Translations under genes and position numbers: made by a program
Notes under the pieces: generated by a model
Seen by the model: only the letters and a program-made list of their open reading frames with translations
Database searches by the model: none
What the model was told of the DNA's origin: nothing
IMG/VR virus record: IMGVR_UViG_3300033069_001378
Coordinates: 188,527 to 252,526 of that record
Strand: one strand, 5' to 3'
Source of the DNA: a virus
Taxonomy: Duplodnaviria > Caudoviricetes
DNA: 64,000 nucleotides
Shown here: piece after piece, positions 8,438 to 18,467 of the stretch
How the letters are laid out: every line of letters starts with the position of its first letter
How positions within the stretch are numbered: the stretch's first letter is position 1

Positions 8438-10904
8438 TTGTGGTATTGGTCCCTGCTGCTTGTGCAGCTTGGGCTTCTGCCTCGGCTTTGTCTTGGCATT
8501 CCTTGACATAAGCTGCCCATGCTGTCTTGTACTCTTCATCGAGTTTATCATCAGAAACGTGTCCGGGATAACCCTCTGCAACACGATAACGGAATCGCAT
8601 CTTATATTCCTTCTTCTGGTCTTCAAATCCAAAAGGCTTGAAAACGATTTGTGTCTTTAGACGACCAAAATCATCTCGTTCCTCGGACTCAGGATCGTAC
8701 TCAGCATTTCGTCGATAGATGATGTTGAAATGATTCATCGCAAGAGCGTACGAAATATCCTCAAAGGTAATGTATTGAAGATTGACGTCAACCTCTGGAT
8801 CCTCTGTGATAATCTGATTGAACGGACGCCACTTGCGGTCCTTGATTTCACCGTTCCATGGACGGCAAACAAGAGTATCTCGGTCTGTAAGGCGCTTTAA
8901 AACCTCAAGAGCATACGTGTTTGTGGGCTCATCAAGAGTAAGCGTTCCGATAACGTCACCTTCTTGAATCGAATCAAAGGCAGCAGCAGTTGCATCAACA
9001 TCGCGAATGAAAGCAAGATTTCCAAAAGCTTCACCCTCTTCTGGTGTCACCGTATCAATGAAATTTTGGAAGAGCTTCTCAAGATCAAAATGTCCATTGA
9101 CAGGCATTCCAAAACGGAAATACTTTGTCTCGTCTGGATGGCGAATGAAATCGCCGTACTTGATTACCACCTCATCCTGATAGCCTGGAGGAACGAAGGC
9201 ATCAGCCTGATCTACATTCTCACCGTAGATAACATGAGGCTTCTCTGTTGTTGATGCCCATGTAGGACGAGTATTTTCTGTCGTTGTCTCGTCTGTTGTT
9301 GACGGAGCGGGAGCAGCAGTACCCGCAATAGTACCCGCGATTTGCGAAGCAATATTCGCCATCGCGCCTGGAATTCCTGCTGGTGTGGTTCCGATTGTAA
9401 TTGTTGTCGTCATGGATAAGTCTTGCCTTGTTGTTATTGAGGTAGAAACGTTATTTCTTCTGTTAGAATATACCATAAGTGAATTTGAATAAACATCCAT
9501 GTTCTTTTTCTTTGGAATATCGATTATTTTCTCCCAAGCAGGAACGTGAACATTCCATAGATTTCCTTTTGCGGTTCTTTTGCGTTGAAAGCCAAGCTCT
9601 TTAAGTCTTTCTGCAAGGAACTTCTGTGGATATCGGAAGAAACCATGCAATCCATGGTACTCTTTAATGTACGCATCTCTCATTTCATGTATTTTGCTGA
9701 TTGGAAGAAATACGTCTTGACCATTTTCGTTGCATGTTGTAAGACGACCAAAGAAGTCTTCGTCACATTTCAGAATATCAGACTTCTCTTTCTTGGTGAA
9801 CTTCACGTTATGAAGATTCTCTTTCCAAATGAAATAGTTTCTTGCTAGGTCTTTGTGGCTTGTTACCTTGAGAACCTTTGGTTTGTTCTTGTGTGCAGAA
9901 GAAACAATAGTATGAATCTCTTGCATCTTTATCGATTTATGGTCCTGACAACGAGTTCTGTAATACTTTCCCTTTTCAACAAGCATCTTTCTGTTGGCAC
10001 CCATGCTTCTATCGTGTGCAAGCAGTCTATAAATGGTTTGATTCCTGGCACCTTCTGGTATCATATAGCTAGGATTGCTTCTCAAAATCTTCTTTAGGTC
10101 TTTGATTCCGTTTGCTAGCGGAGGTAGAAGCATTGAGCCCAATGATCTTTTGTTCTTGACACCCTGGAGCTTGTTCTTGTCACTCTTTTTTATCTTTGGA
10201 ATCCTTGCACCGTTGGAAGCTACGATGGCTTCTAGGGCACTCTGAGGCAGTTTACGGATGGGTAGGTGAAATCCTTGATTATGCTCTTTGTCGAAGTCGT
10301 ATAGGTTTCCAGATTTGTGCAAGCTTCCTGGGACGACTCCATACCCATTAACTCCTCGAATGTCAATTCCTGTTTCAACCTTTGATACACTGTTATTGTG
10401 AATGCCATAAGACTTATCCACCGCATACCAAAGGTGCATTCCACCGGAACCAGTTAGGTATCCAAATGTTTCAAGAGCTTCTTTGCCATCTTTGTCGAGA
10501 ACGTTCTTAACAAAAGGAGTATTCCAAGGATCTTTGGAGTCAATATCAACAATGATCAGCACCGTATCAGCTCCATGGGTCTTGTCAAGGCTATAGCCAC
10601 AGATAGCTCCCATGTTGTATCGGTTAACTCTGTCTTCTTTGAAGTCTTTTCTTGAATAGTCAAAGGCTTCTCCAGTTTTGATCTTGCTAACAAAAAGACC
10701 ATTTGGGTGTTTTGCTAGAGCATTGCAGTCTTTATGCTTTCTACAAGTACATTCTGAGAGGTTATTGAGTTTTGGAGCGTGTAACAAAGCAAGAGGAACC
10801 TGTCCCTTGAGATTGGTAGACAAGTAATCAAAAAACTGAGCCCTTAGCTCAGTCAGTTGTTTCTTCTTTTTGGTTGAGAGTTCTTTTTTGTTGATCATCA
10901 TCAT
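8406..10904 (-). CDS. bifunctional DNA primase/polymerase (Prim-Pol, PriCT-like) with long acidic C-terminal region
   Basis: IVDID, TGSGGMHLWY, IDIRGVNGYGVVPGSLH, EGARNQTIY. Confidence 0.8.
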   Translation of the reverse strand: MMMINKKELSTKKKKQLTELRAQFFDYLSTNLKGQVPLALLHAPKLNNLSECTCRKHKDCNALAKHPNGLFVSKIKTGEAFDYSRKDFKEDRVNRYNMGAICGYSLDKTHGADTVLIIVDIDSKDPWNTPFVKNVLDKDGKEALETFGYLTGSGGMHLWYAVDKSYGIHNNSVSKVETGIDIRGVNGYGVVPGSLHKSGNLYDFDKEHNQGFHLPIRKLPQSALEAIVASNGARIPKIKKSDKNKLQGVKNKRSLGSMLLPPLANGIKDLKKILRSNPSYMIPEGARNQTIYRLLAHDRSMGANRKMLVEKGKYYRTRCQDHKSIKMQEIHTIVSSAHKNKPKVLKVTSHKDLARNYFIWKENLHNVKFTKKEKSDILKCDEDFFGRLTTCNENGQDVFLPISKIHEMRDAYIKEYHGLHGFFRYPQKFLAERLKELGFQRKRTAKGNLWNVHVPAWEKIIDIPKKKNMDVYSNSLMVYSNRRNNVSTSITTRQDLSMTTTITIGTTPAGIPGAMANIASQIAGTIAGTAAPAPSTTDETTTENTRPTWASTTEKPHVIYGENVDQADAFVPPGYQDEVVIKYGDFIRHPDETKYFRFGMPVNGHFDLEKLFQNFIDTVTPEEGEAFGNLAFIRDVDATAAAFDSIQEGDVIGTLTLDEPTNTYALEVLKRLTDRDTLVCRPWNGEIKDRKWRPFNQIITEDPEVDVNLQYITFEDISYALAMNHFNIIYRRNAEYDPESEERDDFGRLKTQIVFKPFGFEDQKKEYKMRFRYRVAEGYPGHVSDDKLDEEYKTAWAAYVKECQDKAEAEAQAAQAAGTNTTNGTTTATNGI

Positions 10905-11036
10905 GTTCCAATGTCTACACCATTGGAGAATATATGTTTACCACTATGAAGTAACTCATAATAATAGGTTATGCATTCATCCAGTTCTCTATCTCTCTTC
11001 TATTGTCTTATAAGGTTCCACTGTTAAGAGATATCA

Positions 11037-11804
11037 TCAGATAGGAGTTGATCTCTCATATCTGACTCCCATCCAATCTATATCAAAACCACGCGCAGTA
11101 GTACCAAGGCTCTTGAGTATGCCTGCATGGACTCCTGTAGCTCTTGCAACCAATGTTGGAATGGTTCCTGTGTTTGTAGCAACTATAACGCCGTTGATCG
11201 AGTATCTAACTGAGCTTGTACCAACCACTTCTATCTCCAAACACTGATATAGAGAACCTGTTGCGTTTGTTGAGGAGCTAACAACGGTTTCAACGCTGTT
11301 TGCTCTGTTGACACATTGCCATTGACCAGACATTACGTTATGCGTATATCTGAAATATGCGCCATCAACACCGTTTCCTGGTGCAGCAACGTCGTTGAAT
11401 CCAAACCAAGTGGTGAAGGTGTTTGATGCGTCACTTGCAACGTCTTGCAAAACATCTGCTCTATATCTAAATGTGCCAGAACCAAACACAAGTGTTGCAG
11501 GCAGAGACGTAATTGAAGCAGATCCAGATGCACCTGCACCTGTACCACAACGAACAATTCCAATTCTTCCCATTACTGCTGTGCCTGTGGCAATTGTTCC
11601 ACCAACAGCAACGGTTGAGATAAATGGAGCCAGTCCGTTTGTTATGTTAACAAAATCCGAGTAAAGTGTGGTTACATCTTGCGATCTATAACTTGGAAAG
11701 TTGAACATCGGATCAATGTCTTGGGTATATGCTCCGCTGACTGTATCTGTTCCGTTGTAAAATAGTTGTGTGTTAGGATTTCCTAAAGTTCCATAATATG
11801 CCAT
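11037..11804 (-). CDS. putative virion protein (beta-sandwich/lectin-like)
   Basis: T/G/S-rich, beta-rich C-terminus (DIDW); follows tail fibre genes. Confidence 0.55.
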   Translation of the reverse strand: MAYYGTLGNPNTQLFYNGTDTVSGAYTQDIDPMFNFPSYRSQDVTTLYSDFVNITNGLAPFISTVAVGGTIATGTAVMGRIGIVRCGTGAGASGSASITSLPATLVFGSGTFRYRADVLQDVASDASNTFTTWFGFNDVAAPGNGVDGAYFRYTHNVMSGQWQCVNRANSVETVVSSSTNATGSLYQCLEIEVVGTSSVRYSINGVIVATNTGTIPTLVARATGVHAGILKSLGTTARGFDIDWMGVRYERSTPI

Positions 11805-11810
11805 AATAAA

Positions 11811-14800
11811 TCAGCTTACTCCCCACATACTACTTCCGTAGTACGTTATATCAATAGATCCGTAATTAGTTGTGATTTTGACAACCGAAGCTCCGTCTAT
11901 TTTGTAGTTGCTTGAAGAGACAACGATGTTGCTTGTTCCCGCGATTCCCTTCATATCTTTGATTCTGTAAGTTCTTCCGTAGTTTGGATTTGTTGGAAGA
12001 GACATTGTGATAACAGTTGTTCCGCTAACGCCAATCAAATAGTCAGTTAGTAGTGCTGTGTAGGCACCTGTGATGATTGTTGGGTCAAGGGTTAGTCCAG
12101 AACGCAAGTCAAGACCACCAGAGATAAGTACATCGCCTCCAAAGACAGACTTTCCTGTGCTTGCACCAACGGTTCCAGAGATAGCACCAGATACATAGAA
12201 GAACGTATCCGATCCAAGATCTTGAGCGAACACGCTTGTACCTACAGCCAAAGAAGCAGAGGTTCTAAGTCTTGGCGAAGGTGTTCCTTCTTGGAATTGG
12301 TTACTTGTTGCAGTAGCAGAACCAGAGACTTCAATCTGTCCAAGGCTGTTGGTTGTAACAGTGATAAATGGACCACCAATAATGTAGCTGTTGCCAGTCA
12401 ACGTACGCTGTAGCGAGCCAGTAAGTCCACCAGACACAACGGTTGAGAAGTTGGTACCTCCAAGAAGGATTCTGTTTGACAAGCTGGAGCTTAGACCCGA
12501 ACCAATCAAGATGTTGTTGTTCGCACCTGCTGTTAGTCTGTTTGTGGAACCACCAATGATTATAGAGTTTGTTACGTTTGTGATTGAGTGAGTGTTTCCA
12601 CCAAATATGACAGAACCAGTAGATGCTCTTATGAAGCTTGAAGAAGCAACCAACAAAGATGAGTTTTCTCCACCATTGATTGATGAATTTCCTCCTCCTA
12701 GAACAATAGAATAGATTGCACCACCAGATACGACGCTAAGCGCACCTCCTATAATTACAGAGTAATCGGAGCCAGTTAATGCGTTTGAGTTTCCTCCAAT
12801 GATAGTTCCGTAGGCTGTTGAATCAAGCTTGTTTGCATTTCCACCAATTATCACATCTCTTAGATTTGGAGTAACGTAATCAGAGGTGGCATAATTCTGA
12901 TAGCCTCCGATAATAACAGTTTCAGCATTGTTGCCACCCAAAGAATTGTCAGTACCAGCAATTGTTACAGAATCGCTAAATCCTTCTGGACCATATTGAT
13001 TGGAACTTCCTCCAATTGCAACGTTTCGAAAGGCGTCTTTTGTCAAAGCTCTAGAGCTAGACAGATTTGCAATAATATTGTTTGCTCCTATGAGAGTAAA
13101 TCCACCAACGTTAACTCCATTGTTGGCAAAAACATTGTTGGCACCACCAACAATGTTAACGAATGATATTCCCTTAACTGTAGCATCACCGTCTGTTATA
13201 TTGTTTTGAATTTGAGAGTTGTATCCACCGATAAATTGGTTAAGGTAGACACCTCCGGTAAACGTATTTCCGTTATCGCTGTTTATGATAGAACTAGCAA
13301 ATCCACCAAGGATGCCGTTGTTCCAAGTAGCTTTGTTGATTTGGTTATTTGAGCCACCAACCATGTAGGCAAGAGAAGCACTGTTTATGATTGAGTTTGT
13401 GTCACCACCAAGAATAATAGCGCGCTCAGAACCAGATATTGTAGCTACATTGGAAGAATATATACCATTCATTCCATCGATACTTCTAGAGATTGCCGAG
13501 CCACTGGAGCCGATTATAACTTGATTGTTAGTTGTTGTGCCCGATGCTGTTGAAGCAGATATGACTGTTGAGTTACTTGATAGTATGATTCCTGATTTGG
13601 AGGCTCTTTGTACATTGTTTGTTGTGCCACCTAAGACCAAAGCATAGTTGCTTGTTTCTATAAGACTGCTATCTGTTCCTAGAACAATTGAGCTTGTTGA
13701 AGCATTCCTTATTGCAGAGTTTGTGCTTCCTCCCATAACAGAATACTTTGAGTTGATTGTTATTGATCCAGTTGCTCCTGTAAGAATAACACCACCGAGC
13801 GAAGTGCTTATGGTATTGTTGTTGCCACCAATAATAGCAGCCAAGCCGCTTCCACTAAGGTTGTTGTCGCTTCCACCAATGATAGCAGAGTTTACGCTAG
13901 AAGAAACATGATTTAAGTTTCCTCCACCGACAATCGAGTTGGTTGCTCGAATGATTTCATTGCTGCTTCCACCAAACACAGCGGATTGCAAACTTGCAGA
14001 TATTGTTATTCCTGTTCCACCAACAATAACAGAATCATTCGCTGTACTTGTTATTGTGTTTGAGCTACCGCCAACCAAGACAGTTCTAGCAGATCCAGAG
14101 ATCAATCCGGTAGCACCTCCGAGAATCAAACTGTTCGCAGCATTGTCTTTTATAGTATGAGTGTTTCCACCAGCAATCATTGCTGCATCAGAAGAGCTTA
14201 TAGTGGTAGTTAATGCACCAATTATTGCCGAGTAGTTACTGTTATTTATGAGGTTATCGGACCCACCAACAATGACAGCTCTTAGGGAAGCCGAATTTAT
14301 TGTTCCTTGAAATCCGCCAAATATTGCAGAGTTTGAACTGCCATCTTTAATAAGATGACTGGATCCTGCGTATATGCCTGCTGCCGTAGAGCTAGAAATT
14401 TGATTTGTGCTTCCACCTGCAATAATCGCGTTCGTTGCACCACCAATGATGATATGCGTTGTACCACCAACAATCGATCCTCTTATGGAACCAGATATGT
14501 TATTGAGTTGTCCACCCAATATCATTGCTTGTGTGCTGCCTGTTATTGCACTGGTGCTTCCACCCAACATTGCGCTATCAACGCTTCTCGATATTGTGTG
14601 GGTAGCTCCACCAATTATAACAGCTTCGGAAGCTGAATCGGCAATTTCATTTCCAGATCCAGCAAATAAACCAGAATTCAATGAGGCTGTAATCAGGTGA
14701 TTTCCACCACCTATGATTGTTGAGTTTGTTGCAGCATTTAGAATGGTGCTTGTAGTACCACCAATAATCGTAGCTCTTTGAGTGCCTGTTATTGTATGAG

Positions 14801-17800
14801 ACAAACCTCCCATAATGGTAGAGTTGGTGGACGTATCCTTAATGGTGTTTAAGTTGCCTGCAACTATTGCATTTTGCTGTGAGGTTGAAATACCATTTGT
14901 GACACCACCAAGCATTACGCTGTTAGCAGAAGCAGATAAGAATGAGGACGCACCAGCAAAGATGCCACCGTTTGTTGAGTTAATATGAGTGTGCAAAGTT
15001 CCATTGACAATGGTGCCTCTAGAAGAAGCCGACATGTTGTTGGAGAAACCACCAAGGATCACACCTTGTACGCTTCCCGTTAGTCCATTAGACTGTCCTG
15101 CGAACAATCCTGCTTCTAGGCTGGCTGACAATACGTTTGTTGTTCCTCCAACAACCACACTGTCTGTTGAGGTTGCCAAAATCTTGTTGGTCAAACCACC
15201 AAGCATACCTGCGTTGTTTGAGCTTGAAATGATGTTTGAGTTACCGCCAATGATGGCAGATCTAAGAGAGCTTGATACTGTGTTTGTATTGCCTCCACCA
15301 ATAAAGGAATCCAAAGAGTCAGCAGATATAGTTTGGCTTGTTCCTATGTGAGCAACTCCAGATACAACAAGATCACCACTAAAGACAGCTACTCCTTGCG
15401 TGTAGCCCTTTGCTCCAGAAACATAAAAGAATATGTCGGATCCAAAGTCTTGAGCAAATCCTGTACCTGAACCAATTGCAACGGAAGCACTCGTACGGAT
15501 ACGAGGAGACGGAGTTCCTTCAAGCCAAGAACCTGTGCTTGTTGCAGCCGGAGCAGATCCAGATATTTCTATTTGACCAAGAGAGTTCGTTGCAACCGTT
15601 ATATTTGCACCAGCAATGATAAACGGATTGCCAGCAGCGGTTCTTTGCAAACTTCCAGAAAGACCAAGAGGGAATGAAACAGATCTGTTTGACGCAGTAA
15701 GTATATTTACTCCATTTGCCGTCAAGTCAAAAGTTGCAACGTCCAAAACAGTTGCACCAGAGCCGCTCATTCTGAATGCATAATCCAAAGAAGTCCATGG
15801 GGCAATAATCAGACCACCTGTGCCCATTGAGCCCGTTCTAAAGATGATTCCAGAATCATTTGCTTGTACGTTTGGGTTATACGAACCTGCGCTTAACTTT
15901 GCATGAAGATTGATTGATGTAGCTAAATTATTTACAGCAAAATCTACTGTTGAGTTAGCTACGCTTGATTGAGAAATGGTAAGGGTACTTGCCTTTGTTT
16001 GAGCAAGAGTGCCAGTTTGAATGAATCCAAGAGAATCGATTGTATCTAAGGTGTCGGCATTTAACCCTGTGGTGTTTACCGATATTGTTATTTGTCCATT
16101 AGATGCAGTCGCAGTCGTTATGTTTGTGCCGCCAACTATGTAAGCAGAACCGTCCAAGGTTCTTTGTAATGAACCAGTTAAACCACCGGAAACAATTGTT
16201 TGATAGCCTGTGCCACCAAGAATAATAGAATTGGCAACATTGGACGTGAGACTAGAGCCAATTAACACAGAATTATTGGCATTTGGAGATACAGTGTTGG
16301 AGCTTCCTCCAATGATAACAGCATTTGTGCTTGCGTTGATTGTATTGCTTTGTCCACCTGCTATAACGGAATATGTGCTTGTATCTTTTACAGTGTTTGT
16401 AGTTCCACCGATAATGCCTGCTCGTGTTGAAGCTGAAATTATATTGACAGCACCACCTCCTATAAAAGAATAGTGACTTGCATCTTTTACAGTGTTGATT
16501 TGACCGGCAACAATTCCAGAGTAATGGCTGCTAGTAATTCCAGAATTGAATCCACCAATAATTGCAGAAAGCTGTGAGCCAACAGCACTATTGGTAGTGC
16601 CACCTGCTATAAAAGAGTTATGGCTTATATCTTTTACAGTGTTTGTTGATCCTCCAACAATCACAGACTGTAAAGAAGCAGAGATTTTATTGAATCGTCC
16701 ACCACCAATAAAAGCTTCATAGTTATTTACAATTGCATTCGTATAACCGCCCACCAATACAGCACGATCAGAACCAGTAATTGCATTAGTGTTTCCAACT
16801 AGGATTGCCGCAGTACCACTTCCCGTAACTCCAGAATTGTATCCACCAACGATTACAGACATTGGTGATGATGCTGATATTTTATGAAATTGCCCACCAG
16901 CTATAACGGAATCATAACTTGCATCTCTTATTAGATTTCCATAGCCTACTACCATTCCTGCACGAGTGGATCCAGAAACTATATGATTTTGTCCACCCGC
17001 TATAACAGCATAGTGACTCAAATCTTTTATAGTGTTTGTTTGACCGCCAACAATCGCAGCAAGTTGTGAGCCAGAAATTATATGAGATGCACCTCCACCG
17101 ATGAAAGAGTTAGTGCTCGTATCTTTTATGGTATTTATGTTTCCGGCAACAATTCCAGCCTGGAGAGAATCAGAAATAACGTTTGTTAAACCACCACCAA
17201 TAAAGTCATTAGAAATTGTAGTGGTTGCACCTGTGATTACATGTGCAGTTCCAATTAACATGTTTCCTGAAACATGAACATCTCCACCAAAAACAGACAT
17301 TTTGAGATTGTCGAACTTAGATCCAGATGCATAAAAGAATACATTTGAACCGAAGTCTTGAGCAAAGCTTGCTCCAGTTCCGATAGCTACAGATGCCGTG
17401 GTACGCAATCTTGGGGAAGGTGTTCCTTCAACCCAGGTACCTGTTATAGCAAGCGTCGCGCCATTAACAGAAATCGTATAAGCTCCGTTTGCGCCGCCAT
17501 CAGAGGAAGACAATCCTGCTCCCATGGCAATGGTACGTTCTGCTGTAAGTGTAGCATCTGTGGTTAGTGTAAGATATGTAGCTGTTGAAGGAGCTATACC
17601 AGTGGTGCCAATAGTGATCTGACCATTTGATGCAGTAGAAGTTGTTATGTTGGTTCCACCAACTATGTAAGCCGCGCCCGCAGCAGTCTGTTGAATCGAA
17701 CCAGTCAATCCAGCAGAGAAGGTCATGTTGCCAGCTTTGGTTTGAGTTAAAGATCCAGTTTGGATAAAATCTGCCGCGTGCAATGCATCAAGGGTGTCAG

Positions 17801-18350
17801 CATCCAAACCAGATCCGGCTCCGTCGTTTGTGGAATGCCAGATTTTTGATGTAGCTCCTGCTGCGGCTGTAGATATGTCTATATATGCACCTCTAAATGG
17901 AGAGGCGGACTCGAAGAATCTTAAGTTGTTGATATAGTTGTCAATGTCGATTCCAGCACCAGACAAAGTGGAAGTAACAGCCTTTTCTAGAGTTAGCTGA
18001 CCTCCTTCGTTTGCAAGATCTTGTTTTCTTACTGTTAATACAGATGGAACAGAAACGGCAGATGAGAAGAAAGCGACACCAGATACGGTAAGATCTCCAC
18101 CAAATACTGCCTTCTTTAAGCTTGTTCCACCAATTGCACCAGAGACATAGAAATATACGTCAGAGCCAATTTGGTTGGCATACTTTCCAAGAGAATCAAC
18201 AGAAACAGAAGCAGTAGCAACAAGTCTATTGCCACCATCTGTCCACTCATTCCATTCAGAAGCAGAGATTATGATCGAAGAAGTTATGAACTTCGTTCCA
18301 TCCCATTCAATGAATTCTTCTTTGTTTGATGGTTTTCCGCTAAATGTCAT
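11811..18350 (-). CDS. giant tail fibre/adhesin-like protein (2,179 aa) with ~15-aa IxGGxxN beta-repeats
   Basis: Dozens of IIGGxxNxI repeats and repeated linker modules; start MTFSGKP (18350) chosen because a terminator lies in the longer ORF extension. Confidence 0.8.
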   Translation of the reverse strand: MTFSGKPSNKEEFIEWDGTKFITSSIIISASEWNEWTDGGNRLVATASVSVDSLGKYANQIGSDVYFYVSGAIGGTSLKKAVFGGDLTVSGVAFFSSAVSVPSVLTVRKQDLANEGGQLTLEKAVTSTLSGAGIDIDNYINNLRFFESASPFRGAYIDISTAAAGATSKIWHSTNDGAGSGLDADTLDALHAADFIQTGSLTQTKAGNMTFSAGLTGSIQQTAAGAAYIVGGTNITTSTASNGQITIGTTGIAPSTATYLTLTTDATLTAERTIAMGAGLSSSDGGANGAYTISVNGATLAITGTWVEGTPSPRLRTTASVAIGTGASFAQDFGSNVFFYASGSKFDNLKMSVFGGDVHVSGNMLIGTAHVITGATTTISNDFIGGGLTNVISDSLQAGIVAGNINTIKDTSTNSFIGGGASHIISGSQLAAIVGGQTNTIKDLSHYAVIAGGQNHIVSGSTRAGMVVGYGNLIRDASYDSVIAGGQFHKISASSPMSVIVGGYNSGVTGSGTAAILVGNTNAITGSDRAVLVGGYTNAIVNNYEAFIGGGRFNKISASLQSVIVGGSTNTVKDISHNSFIAGGTTNSAVGSQLSAIIGGFNSGITSSHYSGIVAGQINTVKDASHYSFIGGGAVNIISASTRAGIIGGTTNTVKDTSTYSVIAGGQSNTINASTNAVIIGGSSNTVSPNANNSVLIGSSLTSNVANSIILGGTGYQTIVSGGLTGSLQRTLDGSAYIVGGTNITTATASNGQITISVNTTGLNADTLDTIDSLGFIQTGTLAQTKASTLTISQSSVANSTVDFAVNNLATSINLHAKLSAGSYNPNVQANDSGIIFRTGSMGTGGLIIAPWTSLDYAFRMSGSGATVLDVATFDLTANGVNILTASNRSVSFPLGLSGSLQRTAAGNPFIIAGANITVATNSLGQIEISGSAPAATSTGSWLEGTPSPRIRTSASVAIGSGTGFAQDFGSDIFFYVSGAKGYTQGVAVFSGDLVVSGVAHIGTSQTISADSLDSFIGGGNTNTVSSSLRSAIIGGNSNIISSSNNAGMLGGLTNKILATSTDSVVVGGTTNVLSASLEAGLFAGQSNGLTGSVQGVILGGFSNNMSASSRGTIVNGTLHTHINSTNGGIFAGASSFLSASANSVMLGGVTNGISTSQQNAIVAGNLNTIKDTSTNSTIMGGLSHTITGTQRATIIGGTTSTILNAATNSTIIGGGNHLITASLNSGLFAGSGNEIADSASEAVIIGGATHTISRSVDSAMLGGSTSAITGSTQAMILGGQLNNISGSIRGSIVGGTTHIIIGGATNAIIAGGSTNQISSSTAAGIYAGSSHLIKDGSSNSAIFGGFQGTINSASLRAVIVGGSDNLINNSNYSAIIGALTTTISSSDAAMIAGGNTHTIKDNAANSLILGGATGLISGSARTVLVGGSSNTITSTANDSVIVGGTGITISASLQSAVFGGSSNEIIRATNSIVGGGNLNHVSSSVNSAIIGGSDNNLSGSGLAAIIGGNNNTISTSLGGVILTGATGSITINSKYSVMGGSTNSAIRNASTSSIVLGTDSSLIETSNYALVLGGTTNNVQRASKSGIILSSNSTVISASTASGTTTNNQVIIGSSGSAISRSIDGMNGIYSSNVATISGSERAIILGGDTNSIINSASLAYMVGGSNNQINKATWNNGILGGFASSIINSDNGNTFTGGVYLNQFIGGYNSQIQNNITDGDATVKGISFVNIVGGANNVFANNGVNVGGFTLIGANNIIANLSSSRALTKDAFRNVAIGGSSNQYGPEGFSDSVTIAGTDNSLGGNNAETVIIGGYQNYATSDYVTPNLRDVIIGGNANKLDSTAYGTIIGGNSNALTGSDYSVIIGGALSVVSGGAIYSIVLGGGNSSINGGENSSLLVASSSFIRASTGSVIFGGNTHSITNVTNSIIIGGSTNRLTAGANNNILIGSGLSSSLSNRILLGGTNFSTVVSGGLTGSLQRTLTGNSYIIGGPFITVTTNSLGQIEVSGSATATSNQFQEGTPSPRLRTSASLAVGTSVFAQDLGSDTFFYVSGAISGTVGASTGKSVFGGDVLISGGLDLRSGLTLDPTIITGAYTALLTDYLIGVSGTTVITMSLPTNPNYGRTYRIKDMKGIAGTSNIVVSSSNYKIDGASVVKITTNYGSIDITYYGSSMWGVS

Positions 18351-18386
18351 TAAGTAAGCTCCACAAATTCTATCAATAGCTAAATA

Positions 18387-18416
18387 GAAAGGGGCAATAA
18401 AAATTGCCCCTTTTTC
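18387..18416 (-). terminator. intrinsic terminator (possibly bidirectional)
   Basis: aaaggggcaat-aaaa-attgccccttt hairpin with T-rich tails on both strands. Confidence 0.75.
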
Positions 18417-18467
18417 ATAATGATTTCTGAAACCATATTTTCTGTGCCATAAGCACAGCAACAAGAA

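Noticed and set aside
18351-18464. N-terminal extension of the 2217-aa ORF
   Set aside because: Spans a terminator and the TATTTA motif; MTFSG start parallels the neighbour's MAFSG
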